This document shows, one piece after another, positions 15,097 to 30,488 of a stretch of 64,000 nt of DNA. The stretch lies in NCBI RefSeq assembly GCF_009914755.1, contig NC_060926.1; one strand, written 5' to 3'. Below the pieces are notes generated by a model. It made no database searches, was not told the DNA's origin, and worked only from the letters and a program-made list of their open reading frames with translations. Source of the DNA: the human T2T-CHM13v2.0 reference genome, Homo sapiens. Positions within the stretch are counted from its first letter, which is position 1. Every line of letters begins with the position of its first letter. The translations under genes and the position numbers were made by a program.

Positions 15097-15447
15097 CTAG
15101 AAAAAAAGAAGTTGGGAACAATTCAAGCTTAAGTGCATATTATTGAAACTGTAAATCTCTATTCCAGATTGTAAGCTATTATCATATACTTATTTTTAAG
15201 ACTTTCAGATTCCAATGTTTCTCAAATGCAGAAAATTATCTTACAAGTCAGCAGGTCAGGGTTTGATCTTGAACAGAACCAGTTTAGAGAAAGTTCCCAT
15301 GGGGAGCTTTCAAGATTCCTGAACTACAACACATGTCTGAGAAATTAGAAAGTCCACAGCAAGTTTCTGTTACATGGATTATAACTGAGTTTGTGAGTGG
15401 TTGGTGTTCGCTGCCACTAAGTGGCCTTGCTCAAAGATTCTGCCCCA

Positions 15448-15721
15448 GGCCTCGTGTGGTAGCTCATGCCTGTAATCCCAACATTTTGAGAGGCCAAGGT
15501 GAGCAGATTGCTTGAGTTTGGGAGTTCAAAACCAGCCTGGGCAACATGGTGAAACCCTATCTCTACAAAAAATAGAAAAATTAGCCAGGCATGATGGTGT
15601 GCACCTGTAGTGAGGCAGGAGGATGGCTTGAGTCTAGGAGGTGGAGATTGCAGTGAGCCGAGATCGCACCACTGCACACCAGCCTGGGCAACAGAGCCAG
15701 ATCCTGTCTTAACAAACAAAC
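15448..15721 (+). mobile_element. Alu with internal deletion
   Basis: Sense Alu lacking the cccagctactcgggagg segment; TSD aagattctgcccca/aagactcatcccca. Confidence 0.93.
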
Positions 15722-15882
15722 GAAGACTCATCCCCAACACCACCCCACGTGTCTACCGCCTGCCTGCATGCTTCTGGCTGCTCAGCTGTCTGCACTTCTG
15801 ACTTTGCTCAACACAGCTCCGGCCTTTGCCAATCATGAGCTGCCAAGACTAGAGTGTGTGGCTGAAACACTTGAACACTCAC

Positions 15883-15958
15883 GTGAAAGAAACTCAACTT
15901 CTGCTTTTGGGTAATTTGCTGACAGTTGCTTTATTTCCTTTTCTTCTATTAAGCAATT
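15883..15958 (-). other. Candidate 76-nt exon (NCLIEEKEIKQLSANYPKAEVEFLS)
   Basis: Minus strand reads tatatttttctgtgcaaatag|AATTGC...TTTCAC|gtgagt; one open, purine-rich frame. Confidence 0.4.
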
Positions 15959-17174
15959 CTATTTGCACAGAAAAATATAATCAACAAGTGATTTTCTTAA
16001 GCAAAAGCATAAAACAATGATAATAAAATAAATGATGACAAACTTTTACAGAACCTACTCTGTGCTCACGGGCACACTTGGCAGTGTGTTGTGAGCCCTT
16101 TCAGAGGAGAAATGATAAAGAACTTAAATTTTTTAAAACTATCTTTATAAAGAAAAAGAGCACAGTTTAACTGTGATTTGAACTGACAAGAAGTACTTCT
16201 TGTTTCAAGCGAAAATACTTTGGACCACTGGGCACATTAGGTATTGAAATGTCAGGTTAACACTGAATACTCCTGTTTATTTTCTCCATCTTTTGGCAGA
16301 TGCTCAATTCCAAGGCTTGGTGGAGAGCCAATGTATCCTGTTAAAGTACAGCACACACACACAAAATGGACACTTTCTTTCACAGGAAAGCTCAACATAT
16401 AAACACTTTCCCTTTGACCTGTCCGTTCTCCAGGCTTCATGACTTTCTACATTCACCAAGCAGCCCTGTATCTCACCATAACCTTGACCATCCTCTTTTA
16501 CTGTGTAGGCTAATTAACTGTGACAAGATGAAGTGACTTTGCCCAAGACCCAAGTGCAGGTGTCAGTACCAGACTAGAACTCAGGTCTCTGGCTCCAGGC
16601 TAGTACTCTTTTGTCCAAAGTTACACAAGTAATTAACAAAAGGTGAAATGATTTCCCCTGCTTTCCAGCTTCCAACACCCGGCTTCCCCATCTTCTCTCA
16701 CCTCCTTCAATGAGAATGTCTTACTGCCGTAACACGCATTTGTACCCAGTGTCTCTTTAATGTCATCTGGTTGAGTGCTGCCTTTCCTTGCATGCAGGGC
16801 TGATATTCAAAATATTTCACAACTTGGGTGGCCTAAGCACTGACCAGTCGGAAGGAACACTGGTTTCCTGCTGGATTGAGGAGCTGGAGGCTCCCTTCCC
16901 CGCTGCAATGGATCCCCTTAGCTGCAAGTGTGTGAGGAAGTCAGAGGAATCCCCGGAAGCCCTGCTTAGAGGCAGCTTCAGAAGGGAAACTCGTGAAGGG
17001 CCCAGGCTTCTGTCATTTGTGCACCATATGCACAACCCTTCTCGTTTATTATTCACTCAGCAAATATTGATTAAGTACCTACAATGTTTAGAACCTTATG
17101 GGAAAAACAAAGTCAGTAAGACATGCCCTTATGCCTACTTTATTTCCTGGTATAATAGATAAGAAATGTACATC

Positions 17175-17243
17175 AATAGCTATAATTGAAATAGATTATA
17201 GCTATAATTGAAATATAGCTGTAATTGAAATAGCTATAATAGA
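17175..17243. repeat. Degenerate tandem repeat, unit about atagctataattgaa, about 4 copies
   Basis: Seen directly in the sequence. Confidence 0.85.
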
Positions 17244-18372
17244 ATGTTGTTTTTTTTTTTGAAGACAGGTCCAGGAAAATGGGTATGGCAGTTGAAAAAA
17301 AAAAAAAAAAAAGAAGGATTCTTTCTGGTTGTAGATCATAGAAGGCTTCCTGGAGGGCTCGTTTCAGCTGTGGCTCTTCAAGGGTGGGGAGGATTTGGTG
17401 AGGAGGAGCTAAAATGGACAAGCAGTCCAGGCTGTGGGAAGAAGATGAGCCGCATGCACAGGTAGGAAGTGATAGGGCAGATAAAGGTGATAGCAGCAGT
17501 CCAGCCCGGCTAGACTGAAGAGCACACTGGTGGCACCTGCACGGGTGTCAGCACTGAGTAGGTATAGCAGACAGGTTAGAGTGGGGTCCACCGACCACAA
17601 GCTCCCCAGCAGCACTCCTGGGCAGCACTCTCATTTCCGCAACTAGCCAGGCACCCTTCTCCCTGGTTCTGACCAGGCTAGAGAACAAACAGGCACTTGC
17701 CAAGCAGTGTAAGGGATTACATGCCCTTTCTGGGCTCTGAGGGGCCTGGGAAGAGTTGGCAATTGAAGGCCGTGCCCAGAATCACTGCCTGGGAACAGCA
17801 GGCATTCTCCCAGGCTGCTTGGAGGCAGCCCAGTGCTGGGTCTGGCTCTAGTCCAATCCGGCTCCTGAGCTAGGAGGGAGTATGTGGCAGTGGGCGGTGG
17901 GTGCTCCCTAGTTCCTAGCACTGACTCCACTGAGCCTGTAGATGGGAAAGGGGAGGGTCAGTCAAAGGCAGATGCCGAAAAAGGGGTAAGTCGAGAACAC
18001 TGGAAGAAGTCATTTGAGAAGAATGAGTGATTCTCAGACTGTTGTGGATAAAATGGAGAAAGAGATAGAAGGTTGCTTTTCCTGTCTCCTGTAGTATTTA
18101 AGGATCCCTCATGATTTAGTTCAATGAGAGAAACTAGCAACATGCTAATTGGAAAAGCCAGGGGCTCTGGAGTTCACGGATCTGGTCCAAGTCTCTTCCT
18201 TGTCAAGTGGAAAGGGCATCCTATTTACCAAGAAATGATGCAATGGCAGGGAGGGTTCACAGCTTCAAAATGAAGTCTAGGAAAATGGAAGTTAGTGAGT
18301 AATAATTTGTTGGTGCTTCTTCACCATAATGCAAGAAAGATGGTGCTCTGTTCTCCATGACGGGTAGAATCT

Positions 18373-18660
<288 letters not shown>

Positions 18661-19702
18661 TGACTGGTAGAATCTTAAACAGAAATACTTGTGCCACAAA
18701 TGCAGACAGGATAAGTAACTGCCCTTGTCTGAGTACCGTATTCCCTGGGAACAGCAAACTCCCTCTGTTCTTTTTCTACTCCCACCAACCCACCTTCTAA
18801 TCTGCAACTCAGTTTCCTGAGTGGGCTTGCTTTAGAGCATCCTGTATCTATAAACAACCACAGTTTTCAAGCAAAGCCTTTGTCTTATTGCATTGTTTTT
18901 AAAGTTGGATTCTTAAATAATATTTTCAGAGGTCCATGAATTCTTTAGAAGAATTTTTAAATGTGGCGTTTTCATTTTAAAGATAATATAAAATTTTTAA
19001 CACAAGTGTCACCACCTTTTTACAGAGTACTGCCACATAACATCAATGCCCATGCTGGATTTGCATTCATGACTGTTATGGTCAAGTGATCTAAACTAAA
19101 GTCTCCTAATGGAAGTTTGAATGCAGTGTTTCTCAAGTTGGGACATATTCAGGAATTTACGGGTTCTCACGTGTGAGAAACACTTCCTATTATAAATAAT
19201 CTGACAAACTGATTTACACATCAGTCTCTTATAAGTTTGGATATGATGAATTGATCCTTTCTAGTTTAATCTCCTTGAGCACAGGGCACAGTAGTTATTG
19301 TATCTGTAAAGCTGAGGATCAGATCTGTGGTGTCCGTATCAATAAATTGCCAATCAGTGAAGCAGCCAGCCAGATTGTCTCCTCCTGAAAAGCCCTACTC
19401 TCTTCTATGTGACAGACGGATTGCAATTAGTTAATCAGACAGACTAATCTTAGATTCGAAATAGAAGACTTTTCTGACCCTGAGTAAGTCCCTTAATCTC
19501 TGTTTTCAACTTTGTAGAATACAGGCAATAAACTACTACCTATCACATGGGGATGTTGTGCTAATAATTTCAGGCTTTCTGCCATGCTGAGCTGGTCTGG
19601 CCCTGCTCCTGATACAGTGCTCTAAGGAGTTTGGCATTTGCCAAGAGACCAATTCAGTGAGATGGGAGAGGCATAAGAAAGAATGTTTTGGAAAAGTCGT
19701 CC

Positions 19703-19732
19703 CTGAGGTCTGAGGTCTGAGGTCTGAGGTCT
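19703..19732. repeat. (CTGAGGT)4 heptamer tandem repeat
   Basis: Four perfect copies. Confidence 0.95.
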
Positions 19733-19765
19733 AGTGCTGGTACAACTGTGAAAAGCTTCTTCAGG

Positions 19766-21320
19766 TGGTGCTAGAACAACAGAACATCCACATGCAAAAA
19801 AATTAATCTAGATACAGACTTTACACTCCTACCAAAAATTAACTCAATAGGGATCATAGACCTAAATGTAAAATGCAGAACTATAAAACTCCTAGAAGAT
19901 AACATAGAAGAAAACCTACATGACCTCGGGTATGACAATAACTTTTTAGAAACAACACCAAAGGCATGATCCATGAAATAAATAATTGCTAAATTGGACT
20001 TCTTCAAAATTTAAAACTTCTGCTCTGTGAAAGACACTGTCGACAGAATAAGCCAGGCATAGTGGCTCATGCCTGTAATCCCAGCACTTTGGGAGGCCAC
20101 GGTGAGAGGATTATTTGAGGCCAGGAGTTCAGGACCAGCCTACACAACATAGTGAGACCCCATCTCAATTACAATAATTAAAAAAAAATAAGAATGACAA
20201 AACAAGCCACAGACAAAGAGAAAATATTTGCAAAAGGCACATCTGATAAAGGATTGTTATCCAAAATATAAAAAGAATTCACAAAACCCAACAATAAGGA
20301 AACAAATGACCAAATTAAAAAATGGACCAAAGACTTTGACACCCACCAAGGAAAACATACAGATGGCAAATGAGTACACGAAAAGATGTTCCACATATGT
20401 CATCAGGGAAACGCAAATTAAAACAACAGAGATACCACTACACATCTATTTGAATGGCCAAACTCCTGAACGCTGAAAATATAAGATGCTAGCAAGGATG
20501 TGAAACAACAGGAACTCTTGTTCATTGCTGTGGGAATGCAAAATGGTACAACCACTTTGGAAGACATTTTGGCAGTTTCTTACAAAACTAAACATACTCT
20601 TACCATATGATCCAGCAATCACACTCCATGGTATCTACCCAAAAGAGTTGAAAACCTATGTCCACACAAAAACCTATGCACAGATGTTTATAGCAGCATT
20701 ATTCATAATTGCCAAAACTTAGAAGCCACCAAGATGTCCTTCAGTAGGTGAATGAATAAATAAGTTGTGGTATATATCCAGACAACGGAATGTTATTCGG
20801 TACTAAAAGGAAATGAACTATTAAGCTATGAAAAGACATAGAGGAACCTTAAAAGTATATTAACAAGTGAAAGAAGCCAATTTGAAAAGGCTATATGCTG
20901 TATGATTCCAACTACATGATATTCTGGAACAGGCAAAACTTGAAGAGAGTAAAAAGATCAGTGGTTGCTAGGGTTTGGAGGGAAGAAGGAATAATAGGTG
21001 GGGACACAAAGGATCTTTAGGACAGTAAAAATACTCTGTATGACACCACTGCATAATAATATACAAAGTATATATAATTATACACTTGTCCAAACCACTA
21101 GAATGTACAACACTATAAGTGAGCCCTAATGTAAACTATGCACTTTGGATGATAGTGATGTGTCAATGTAGGTTTATCAGCTGTAACAGATACCAACCCC
21201 TCTGGTAGGGGATGTTGATAGTAAGGGAGGCTGTGCATGCGTGGAGGCAGGAGATATATGGAAAATCTGTACTTTCCTCTTAATTTTTCTATGAACCTAA
21301 AACTGCTCTTTAAAAAGTCT
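19766..21320 (+). mobile_element. L1 (L1MC1/2-like) ORF2 end plus 3'UTR, interrupted by a FLAM
   Basis: Degenerate ORF2 C-terminus (WECKMVQPLWK...PYDPAI...FIAALFIIAK) followed by an L1MC-type 3'UTR. Confidence 0.9.
20051..20189 (+). mobile_element. FLAM Alu monomer inside L1
   Basis: Left-monomer sequence with an A-rich tail. Confidence 0.9.
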
Positions 21321-21321
21321 T

Positions 21322-21681
<360 letters not shown>

Positions 21682-21949
21682 TCAGATGCAACTCAGCATA
21701 GTTGCAACTGTGGTGGCTACAGGAGTGCCTGTGTCACCCACCTCCAACACTGGGCAGGCCAGTACAGAGAAAGACTCCTGACTGAAGGAAAGGGAAGGTA
21801 GAGAGCAAGAGACTCTGCCTGGTAACCTGGGGAATTCTCCCAATTATCTGCCCAAGTCCATCAAGACTGTGTATGTAGGAGTAAAGTCTTTCCAAAAGTT
21901 TCTCTGGCAAACTGCATCTGAGAGACTTCTGCGACTCCGGATCAGAATA

Positions 21950-22200
21950 GCAGTGAGCATGCTTTTGGATGCAAGTAACAGAAAATAACCAAGGGAGCTC
22001 CTTGGTGATGTAACTGAAAGTGCAGAGGTAGATCGGGCTTCGGGTGTCGATCCAGCGGCTCACCGCTGTCCTCAGGACCAGTTTCTGCCACTCTGCCCTG
22101 CCACATGCAGCACTGGCTCCACCGTCAGGCTGGCTCTGCTTCTGGGTGTAGGATGGTGGCCAGAAACCTGCAGGCCATATGCTGTATCATTTGGGGATGC
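21950..22200 (-). mobile_element. Old MaLR LTR (MLT1K/L-like)
   Basis: ttggatgcaagtaacagaaaa...aactgaaagtgcagagg. Confidence 0.6.
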
Positions 22201-22451
22201 TTCTGCTCAGCATTCCAAGCCAGAATTCCAAGGTTTATCCTGAAGAGGATCCTCCTTGACATCTCTTTTCTCTCACATTCAAGTCTGTTAGTCTTTTCTC
22301 TCACATTCAAGTCAGCTGCCACTAGCCTACTGCCAGCCACCAATGTCTCCCACCCGGCTTAGCGGCTCGCCTTCTAAACAGTCTCCCTCCTTCCACACCT
22401 GTTCCCCTTACAGCAGCCTGAGTCATACTTCAAAAATGTAAGCCAGATAAC

Positions 22452-22640
22452 GATTGGAAGCGACAGACGCTGGGGAGCCCAATAGTGAGGAGGGTGGGGG
22501 GTGGTGAGGGTTGAAAAATTATCTATTGGGTACAATGTTCACTGGGTGACGGTTTCACTAGCTCAGATCACAATATTACACAATATATCCATGTAACAAA
22601 CCTGCACAGGTACGCTCTGAATCTAAAAAAAAAAAAAAAA
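22452..22640 (+). mobile_element. L1PB/old L1PA extreme 3' end with poly(A)
   Basis: aaattatctattgggtacaatgttcac...catgtaacaaacctgcac...aatctaaaa. Confidence 0.88.
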
Positions 22641-22978
22641 GTCAGTCAGAGCATGTTACTGCTCAAACCCTCCAGTGGCTCCCCATCTCACTCAGGAAAA
22701 GCCAATGAACTTGCAATGGACTCCAAGGGTATGATGTGGCTCCCTTGTAACCTTTCTGAATTTAGCTCAGCCACCCTCTCCCTCTCTCACTCCAATTCAA
22801 CCATCCTGGCCTCTAAATTGTTCCTGGGAAACATACCAGGTGTGTTCACCTTCTGACTGGGGACTTTACACTAGTTGTCTCCTATGCATGAGACACTTTT
22901 CTAGAGAGCCACGCTGCTCACTTTTCAGTCACTTTTTCAGTGAGGCCTACTTAGAACACCCCATTTAAAATTGCAACC

Positions 22979-23115
22979 TGGCCCAGGGTGGTGGCTCACA
23001 TCTGTAATCTCAGTACTTTGGGAGGCTGAGAAGGATCACTGGAGTCAGGAGTTCCAGACCAGCCTTGGCAACAAAGCAAGACCTCATCTTTACAAAAAGA
23101 AATTAAAAAATAAAA
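22979..23115 (+). mobile_element. FLAM Alu monomer
   Basis: Left-monomer sequence with an A-rich tail. Confidence 0.85.
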
Positions 23116-23823
23116 CACTGTGACGCCTGCAGTTCCCCACACTCACATCTTCTATCTTGCTTATTTTTTCCCCATAGTACTGCTTACCTAGTATGTTTAT
23201 GGATTTAACTCACTGTTTTTCCCGGCTAGAATGCAGGGATTTTTGTCTATTTGTTTTATTGACATTTCCCTGACCCTAGAACAGGGTCTAGCAGATACTC
23301 AAAAAGTTTTGTCAAATGAATGAATGAGACTGGCTCAGGACACCCACTCTATTTCTGTATGCTTAGGGAGGAAATGCCTAAATCCGAAATGCTGGGAGTG
23401 TTTCCAAAGTAAGACCAAGCTTGATGTCTCCAGAGCTTGGAATTTGGATTCTGCTCAAGAAAAAAAACTGGTAAGAATCAACAGATAATCCAGGAGGTTA
23501 ATAGTACCTGTGGTGCTTAGTTAATGTGATCATTCTTGGATCACACAAGATACCACAGGTATCCAAGATACCAAGATATCATAGATACCTTGGATACCAC
23601 AGGCCTACAAATCAAAATCTCCAGAGACAGGGGTCATAAGTCTGCTTTTCTTTCTTTTTTATAACCAGCAGCCCCCAGGTGATTCTTCTAGTCACTAAAA
23701 CTGAAAATAGTCCTGGACTGTATGCAAAGCCTTGGCAGGAGTGACACAGACGTGCTGTGAGACATAACTGGAATATGACTAAGAGAACTGAGATATAATA
23801 AGTGGTATTAGCACATCAGAAGC

Positions 23824-23949
23824 GGCCAGGAGCTGTGGCTTGTGCCTGTAATCCCAGCACTTAGGGAGACAGGATTTCTTGAGCCCAGGAATTTGAGACC
23901 AGCCTGGGCAACATAGCGAGGCCCCATTCTCCACAAAAAGAAAAAAAAA
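23824..23949 (+). mobile_element. FLAM Alu monomer
   Basis: TSD gcacatcagaa on both sides. Confidence 0.9.
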
Positions 23950-24042
23950 GTTTGCACATCAGAAAAAAAGGATGTAGATATAGAAAAAGGAAGATCTTGG
24001 ATTTAGGAAAAGGAAATCCAAAGACCAAAATTTGAGGAGTGG

Positions 24043-24495
<453 letters not shown>

Positions 24496-24829
24496 TAACA
24501 AAATACCATAAGCTGGGTGGTTTAAACAATTTATTGTCTCACAGTTCCAGAAGCCAAAAGTCTGAGATGAAGGTGGCAGCAGGACTGGTTCCTGGTAAGG
24601 CCTGTAAGGGAGAATCTGTCCCATAACACCTCTCCCCTAGATTCCAGTGCTTTGCTGCTGGGCTTTGACATTCCTTAGCTTATGGACACATCATCCCAGT
24701 CTTTGTCTTCATCTTCCCATGGTGTTCTCCCTCTGCATGTGTCTGTGTCCAGATTTTCCCTTTTTATAAAGATACCAGTCATATTGGACTAGGGGCCCAC
24801 CCTCCTCCACTATGGCCTCATTTTAACTA

Positions 24830-26104
<1,275 letters not shown>

Positions 26105-27544
26105 TAATTATATCTGCTACAAGTCTATTTCCAAATAAGGTCACATTCTGAGGTACTAGGGGTTAGGACATTAACATATGAATTTGGAAGGGACACAATT
26201 CAACCCATAACACTAGACATTTCTCTTTCGTGATCTTGCGATCACCAAACAACTTTCTGGTTACTAGCATGATTCCCCAGGTACCCAGGATTTAGCCATG
26301 GGGGTCCTGGAGAACAATCATAGAGTTTTTTGGTCACCAGAGATAAATGTCTCCATCATGAACTGGAGTTCTGTTCGCTCATGAGTCTTCAGCAAGTCTG
26401 GCTAGATGAATCCGTCCCTGAGGGTCCGGTCATTCTGGTCACATTGATGACATGAGTTTTGGGGACTACAAAACTGTGATGACTCCCCCATTAGGGCATG
26501 TTTGCAGAATTGGTTGTCTCCTCTCTCTGATATTATTGGGTCATCTCTATAATAACTGCAGGAGGGAGTTCCACCTTAGAAGATTCAGAAAAACAGCTAG
26601 AGGAGCCAAGAAATATGCCTAAGTGCACATCTCTTACCAGCCCTGCTTCCCAGCCATCTCCACATCAAACCTAAGGGTCCAGGGCTGACATCCTCAAAAA
26701 TGAAAGAAGTCATAGTGTGTGCCCTCATTAAAAAGGGATATAGGTGCCTGAGTTGTAGGCAGGGATTCCTAGACATTTCTCAACAGATAATCTATCCTTT
26801 CTCTGGCCTCATCTTTCCTGAATGACAGGTATTTTGAAAAGAGGTAAATTCCTGAGAGTTATTCCTACAGATCAGGGTAAATAAAGCTATCAACCCAGGA
26901 AAACACTCACCTGATTCTACTATGCTTTCTAGCAGGATAGCCCCCAGTATCCTTTGTATCTGGGAGCCTCTACCAAGGAGGAGGAAGATCTTGATTTCAA
27001 CTTAAACAAATATTCTTGCTTGCCATATCCTTCTCTGGCTCCATCAAATATCTTTCAAGTCCCGTGTGCTTGCAGAGAAAACAGAGCTAACTAAGAACTT
27101 AAGTGGTGGTTCTTAGAAGCCTTAGACATTGTCATAAACTAGGAAAAGTGTTTTCTTAGATTAGCGTGGACATTTAATCAATCAATCTCCTTGTTTTATC
27201 CTTAGAAAAGGATATAATCAAATGGCCTTAAAATGGCTCAGTTATAGTCAGTTACATGTGTAACGTGAACTTCATAGGCAATTAGCACGGACTCTAAGCT
27301 TGAGAGCTTTAGGCCCAGGCCCAGTATCTGAAAAACTCAAACTATAACAGCCAAAGCTTGAGTGCAATGAGATTTCCAAGCCTAGTGGTTGACCCAGAAA
27401 TTTAATCCAACAGAATTTTAATACAGCAGAAACTCTCTTAATGGAACACTACCTAAACAATTCAGTGCATTAACAGACACTCTCTATTCCTCTCTAACAG
27501 CCACTGATGCCAGTGTGTACTGAACACTACACTACTCTTTAACA

Positions 27545-27640
27545 CAGTATTTTTCAAACTGCAGGTCTTCATACCAATTTACTAGATGAAATAAATTCAT
27601 TGGGTCATGACCAGCATTTTTAAAATGAAACAGCACAGAT
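27545..27640. mobile_element. MER119/Charlie7-like fragment
   Basis: cagtatttttcaaactgcagg...tgggtcatgaccagcatttt. Confidence 0.55.
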
Positions 27641-27803
27641 CAGTTGAGTTGTACGTTTAGACTTAGTGATTTGTCTTGAAACTTCTTTACGCCTATTACA
27701 TATAAGAATGAGATATGAGTACAAAAAAATCCACCATGAAACAAAAAAAAAAACAAATTATGAAAATGAAGTTGAATATTTTGAAAAGACTAAAGGCAGT
27801 TTA

Positions 27804-27805
<2 letters not shown>

Positions 27806-27841
<36 letters not shown>
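27806..27841. repeat. Poly(A)36 mononucleotide run
   Basis: Seen directly; no Alu or L1 body attached. Confidence 0.95.
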
Positions 27842-27842
<1 letters not shown>

Positions 27843-28902
27843 AGTAAAAATTGTTGTCAAATTAGTTATGGGCTAAAAAACTAAAAGATTAGGAAAAGAA
27901 AGTGTAAAGCCTAAAAGACTCCACACTCATATTGTTTGTTAAGTGTCTAAGCTCACTCTTCTCTATAGAAAAACAAAGGCTGGAAACCATAAACCCAGTG
28001 TATCACAGGCAGGGTTAATGCAAGAAAAACAATGAGTAATTTCAATCAGAGGATTCCAACACTGAGCCCAACATCTAATCATTGAGGAATGAATGTACAA
28101 TTATACACTTTAAGTAAAAGTAAAAAGTTTAGGGTTTTTGTATTTTACAAATTTCAATCTTACCTGATAAAATGATTGATATATTTTTAAAATTTGGTCA
28201 GTTCTTAGACTATGATGGAATAGGATTTAAATGTTATAAACTCATTGCATTTCTCAATGATGGAAAGAATCATGAAGCATATCCTTAATGTAGCAGAGAA
28301 AGTAATCAGATAGACAGTATGTAAGACAACATGATTACGACAAAGTACAAAAAAAAACAATAGCCTCACGTCAGGAAATACTACCCACTTATAAGCTAAA
28401 GATTCATAATCAGCCCAGATAACCGGTTGTCTCTGAAGTTCTTTTCTGCTCCCTCCTCTTTGCTGTCTCCCTGCCCAACTAGAACTGGCTTCTCATTTTT
28501 GTCCCACTAGCTGCTGTAAGTCTGTCTACCTGGATCTACCGAAGCCCTTGAGACAATTTTCTACATATCACTGTTTGTATATGAGTGTTCATCAACTAGA
28601 CCCTAAACTTCTGAAAGATAAGGACCAGGTCTTATTTCTCATTTCCAGCATCAGCACATGGCCTGGCACTTAGTAAATTTTTGTTGAATGAATGACTCTA
28701 TGCACAGATAAATTGAAGTGTTGTCCTAATTTTCAGTAAAAGTGGAAGGTAACTCCAGTTGAGTGAATTATAACTTTGTAAGTTGTTGTGTGTGTTTTTT
28801 TTATGTTACAGTAATATAAACAGAAGATCACTGGTACATCCTAAAGCCTTGAAAGAAAAAAATAAAAATAATAGTAAATAAATAAAGAAAGAAATCACAG
28901 GA

Positions 28903-29197
28903 GGCCAGCACGGTGGCTCATGTCTGTAATCCCAGAGCTTTGGGAGGCCAAGGCAGGAGGATTGCTTGAGGCCAGGAGTTCAAGGCCACCCTGGGCAAGA
29001 CCCCATCTCTACCAAAAATTTAAAATATTAGCTGGGCATGGTAATGCATGCCTGTAGTCCCAGCTACTTGGGAAGCTGGGGCAGGAGGATCGTTTGAGCC
29101 CAGAGGTTCAAGGCTTCAGTGAGCTATGATTGCACCACTGCATTCTAGCCTGCACAGAGCAAGTCCCTGTCTAAAAAAAATAAATAAATAAAATAAA
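28903..29197 (+). mobile_element. Alu (AluJ-like)
   Basis: Sense Alu; TSD aaatcac. Confidence 0.95.
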
Positions 29198-30199
29198 TCA
29201 CTGAAAAGGTGAAAGTTCACTAAGCTAGTTGAAATAATCATTAAGATAATTTGCCTCACTTTGCCTTGGCTCTGAATTTAGTACAAGACCCTTCTACAAT
29301 GCTGATTCCCTGCCTGGAATCTTGACACTTCAAAGGAAGTCCCCTAGATAGGAAAGACAAATATTCTGGTCCCTGAAAAGGAAATATCTCTACACTTCAA
29401 ACTGACAAATTGATTTTCTGGCACAAATCAGTAAAGGGTGGCTGCTCTGGGGAAAAAAAATGAAGGAAAACTTAGAGGAACGCAATTGTTTTGTTCTCAT
29501 GATTTTTTTTTTCCTCCAAGGTCATCACATCTCTAAATATCCAAAATGTGATCATTTTGATTGGCTAAATTATATGGATAATTGAAGTACTTTTCCTGAG
29601 CAACTCAGAAACACATATTGACCATGGAAAAGCTGGAAAGGACTAAAAAGTATAAAACAGGAGGGGAAAAAAATCACTCATACTCCTCCTACACTAAGAC
29701 ATCAACTATAAAATCTGGCATGTTTACTTCCAGTTTTGTTTTGCAGTTTTCTTTACATAGTTGAGATTACTCTACATGATACATTTTTATGGTTCTAAAC
29801 TAACAAAGTTGACTTCATATCTCAAGTTTTATTCTACTCATCCTGCCCTATGAAGAGTTTTTCTTTTCTATACCTTCAAATTTTCTAGAAAAATCTCTTT
29901 CTAGGTATCACTGAGATTTTATTTATCATTCAATCAACAAAAATTTATTGAACACAAGTTGTGTGCAATGCACTAAGTTGGTGCCTTTAAGTGTGCATAG
30001 AAATAAAAGTGACTGTTGAAAGAACTTAAAATGTAGGTTGAAGAAACAAGCTATCTGTACACAAAGAAAACATACTGTCAAGCAATCCCGTTTTATGAGT
30101 TAGGATCCAAAGTAAAGGGGGCGGACAGGGGGAGATACTAAGGTCAGCTTAGGAGAAAGAAGGCTCTTGACTCTGACAGGTAAGACTAGATAAACTCCA

Positions 30200-30390
30200 T
30201 GCTAATTATTTCATTTAATCAAATCTCCAGGCAACCTTGTGAGGTGGCTGTTATTATCATCATCCCCAATTTACAGCAGTGGAAACTGTGGTGTAGGGAG
30301 GTTAAGTAACTTGCCCCAAGTCACAGAGCTATTAATACTTGGTGGTGGAGCCAAAGTCCATCTCCAGAGTTGGGCTCTTAACACTGCCTT
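30200..30390 (-). mobile_element. MIR
   Basis: ccccaatttacagcagtggaaactg...gttaagtaacttgcccc. Confidence 0.8.
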
Positions 30391-30488
30391 TCAGATGTCC
30401 AAAGGCCTAGAGGAGACTGGATAGTCACAGTAAGTGGAATCCGCCGATCAACTGTTACTAGAAACAAAAGTATGAGTTTTTAAAATTA

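Larger units (their letters stand above)
22320..23326 (+). mobile_element. L2 3' region split by an L1 3' end and a FLAM
   Basis: ctcaaaccctccagtggctccccatctcactcag...; ends in tgaatgaatga. Confidence 0.8.

Noticed and set aside
20228-20722. ORFs resembling the L1 ORF2p C-terminus
   Set aside because: Fragments of a degenerate, 5'-truncated L1.
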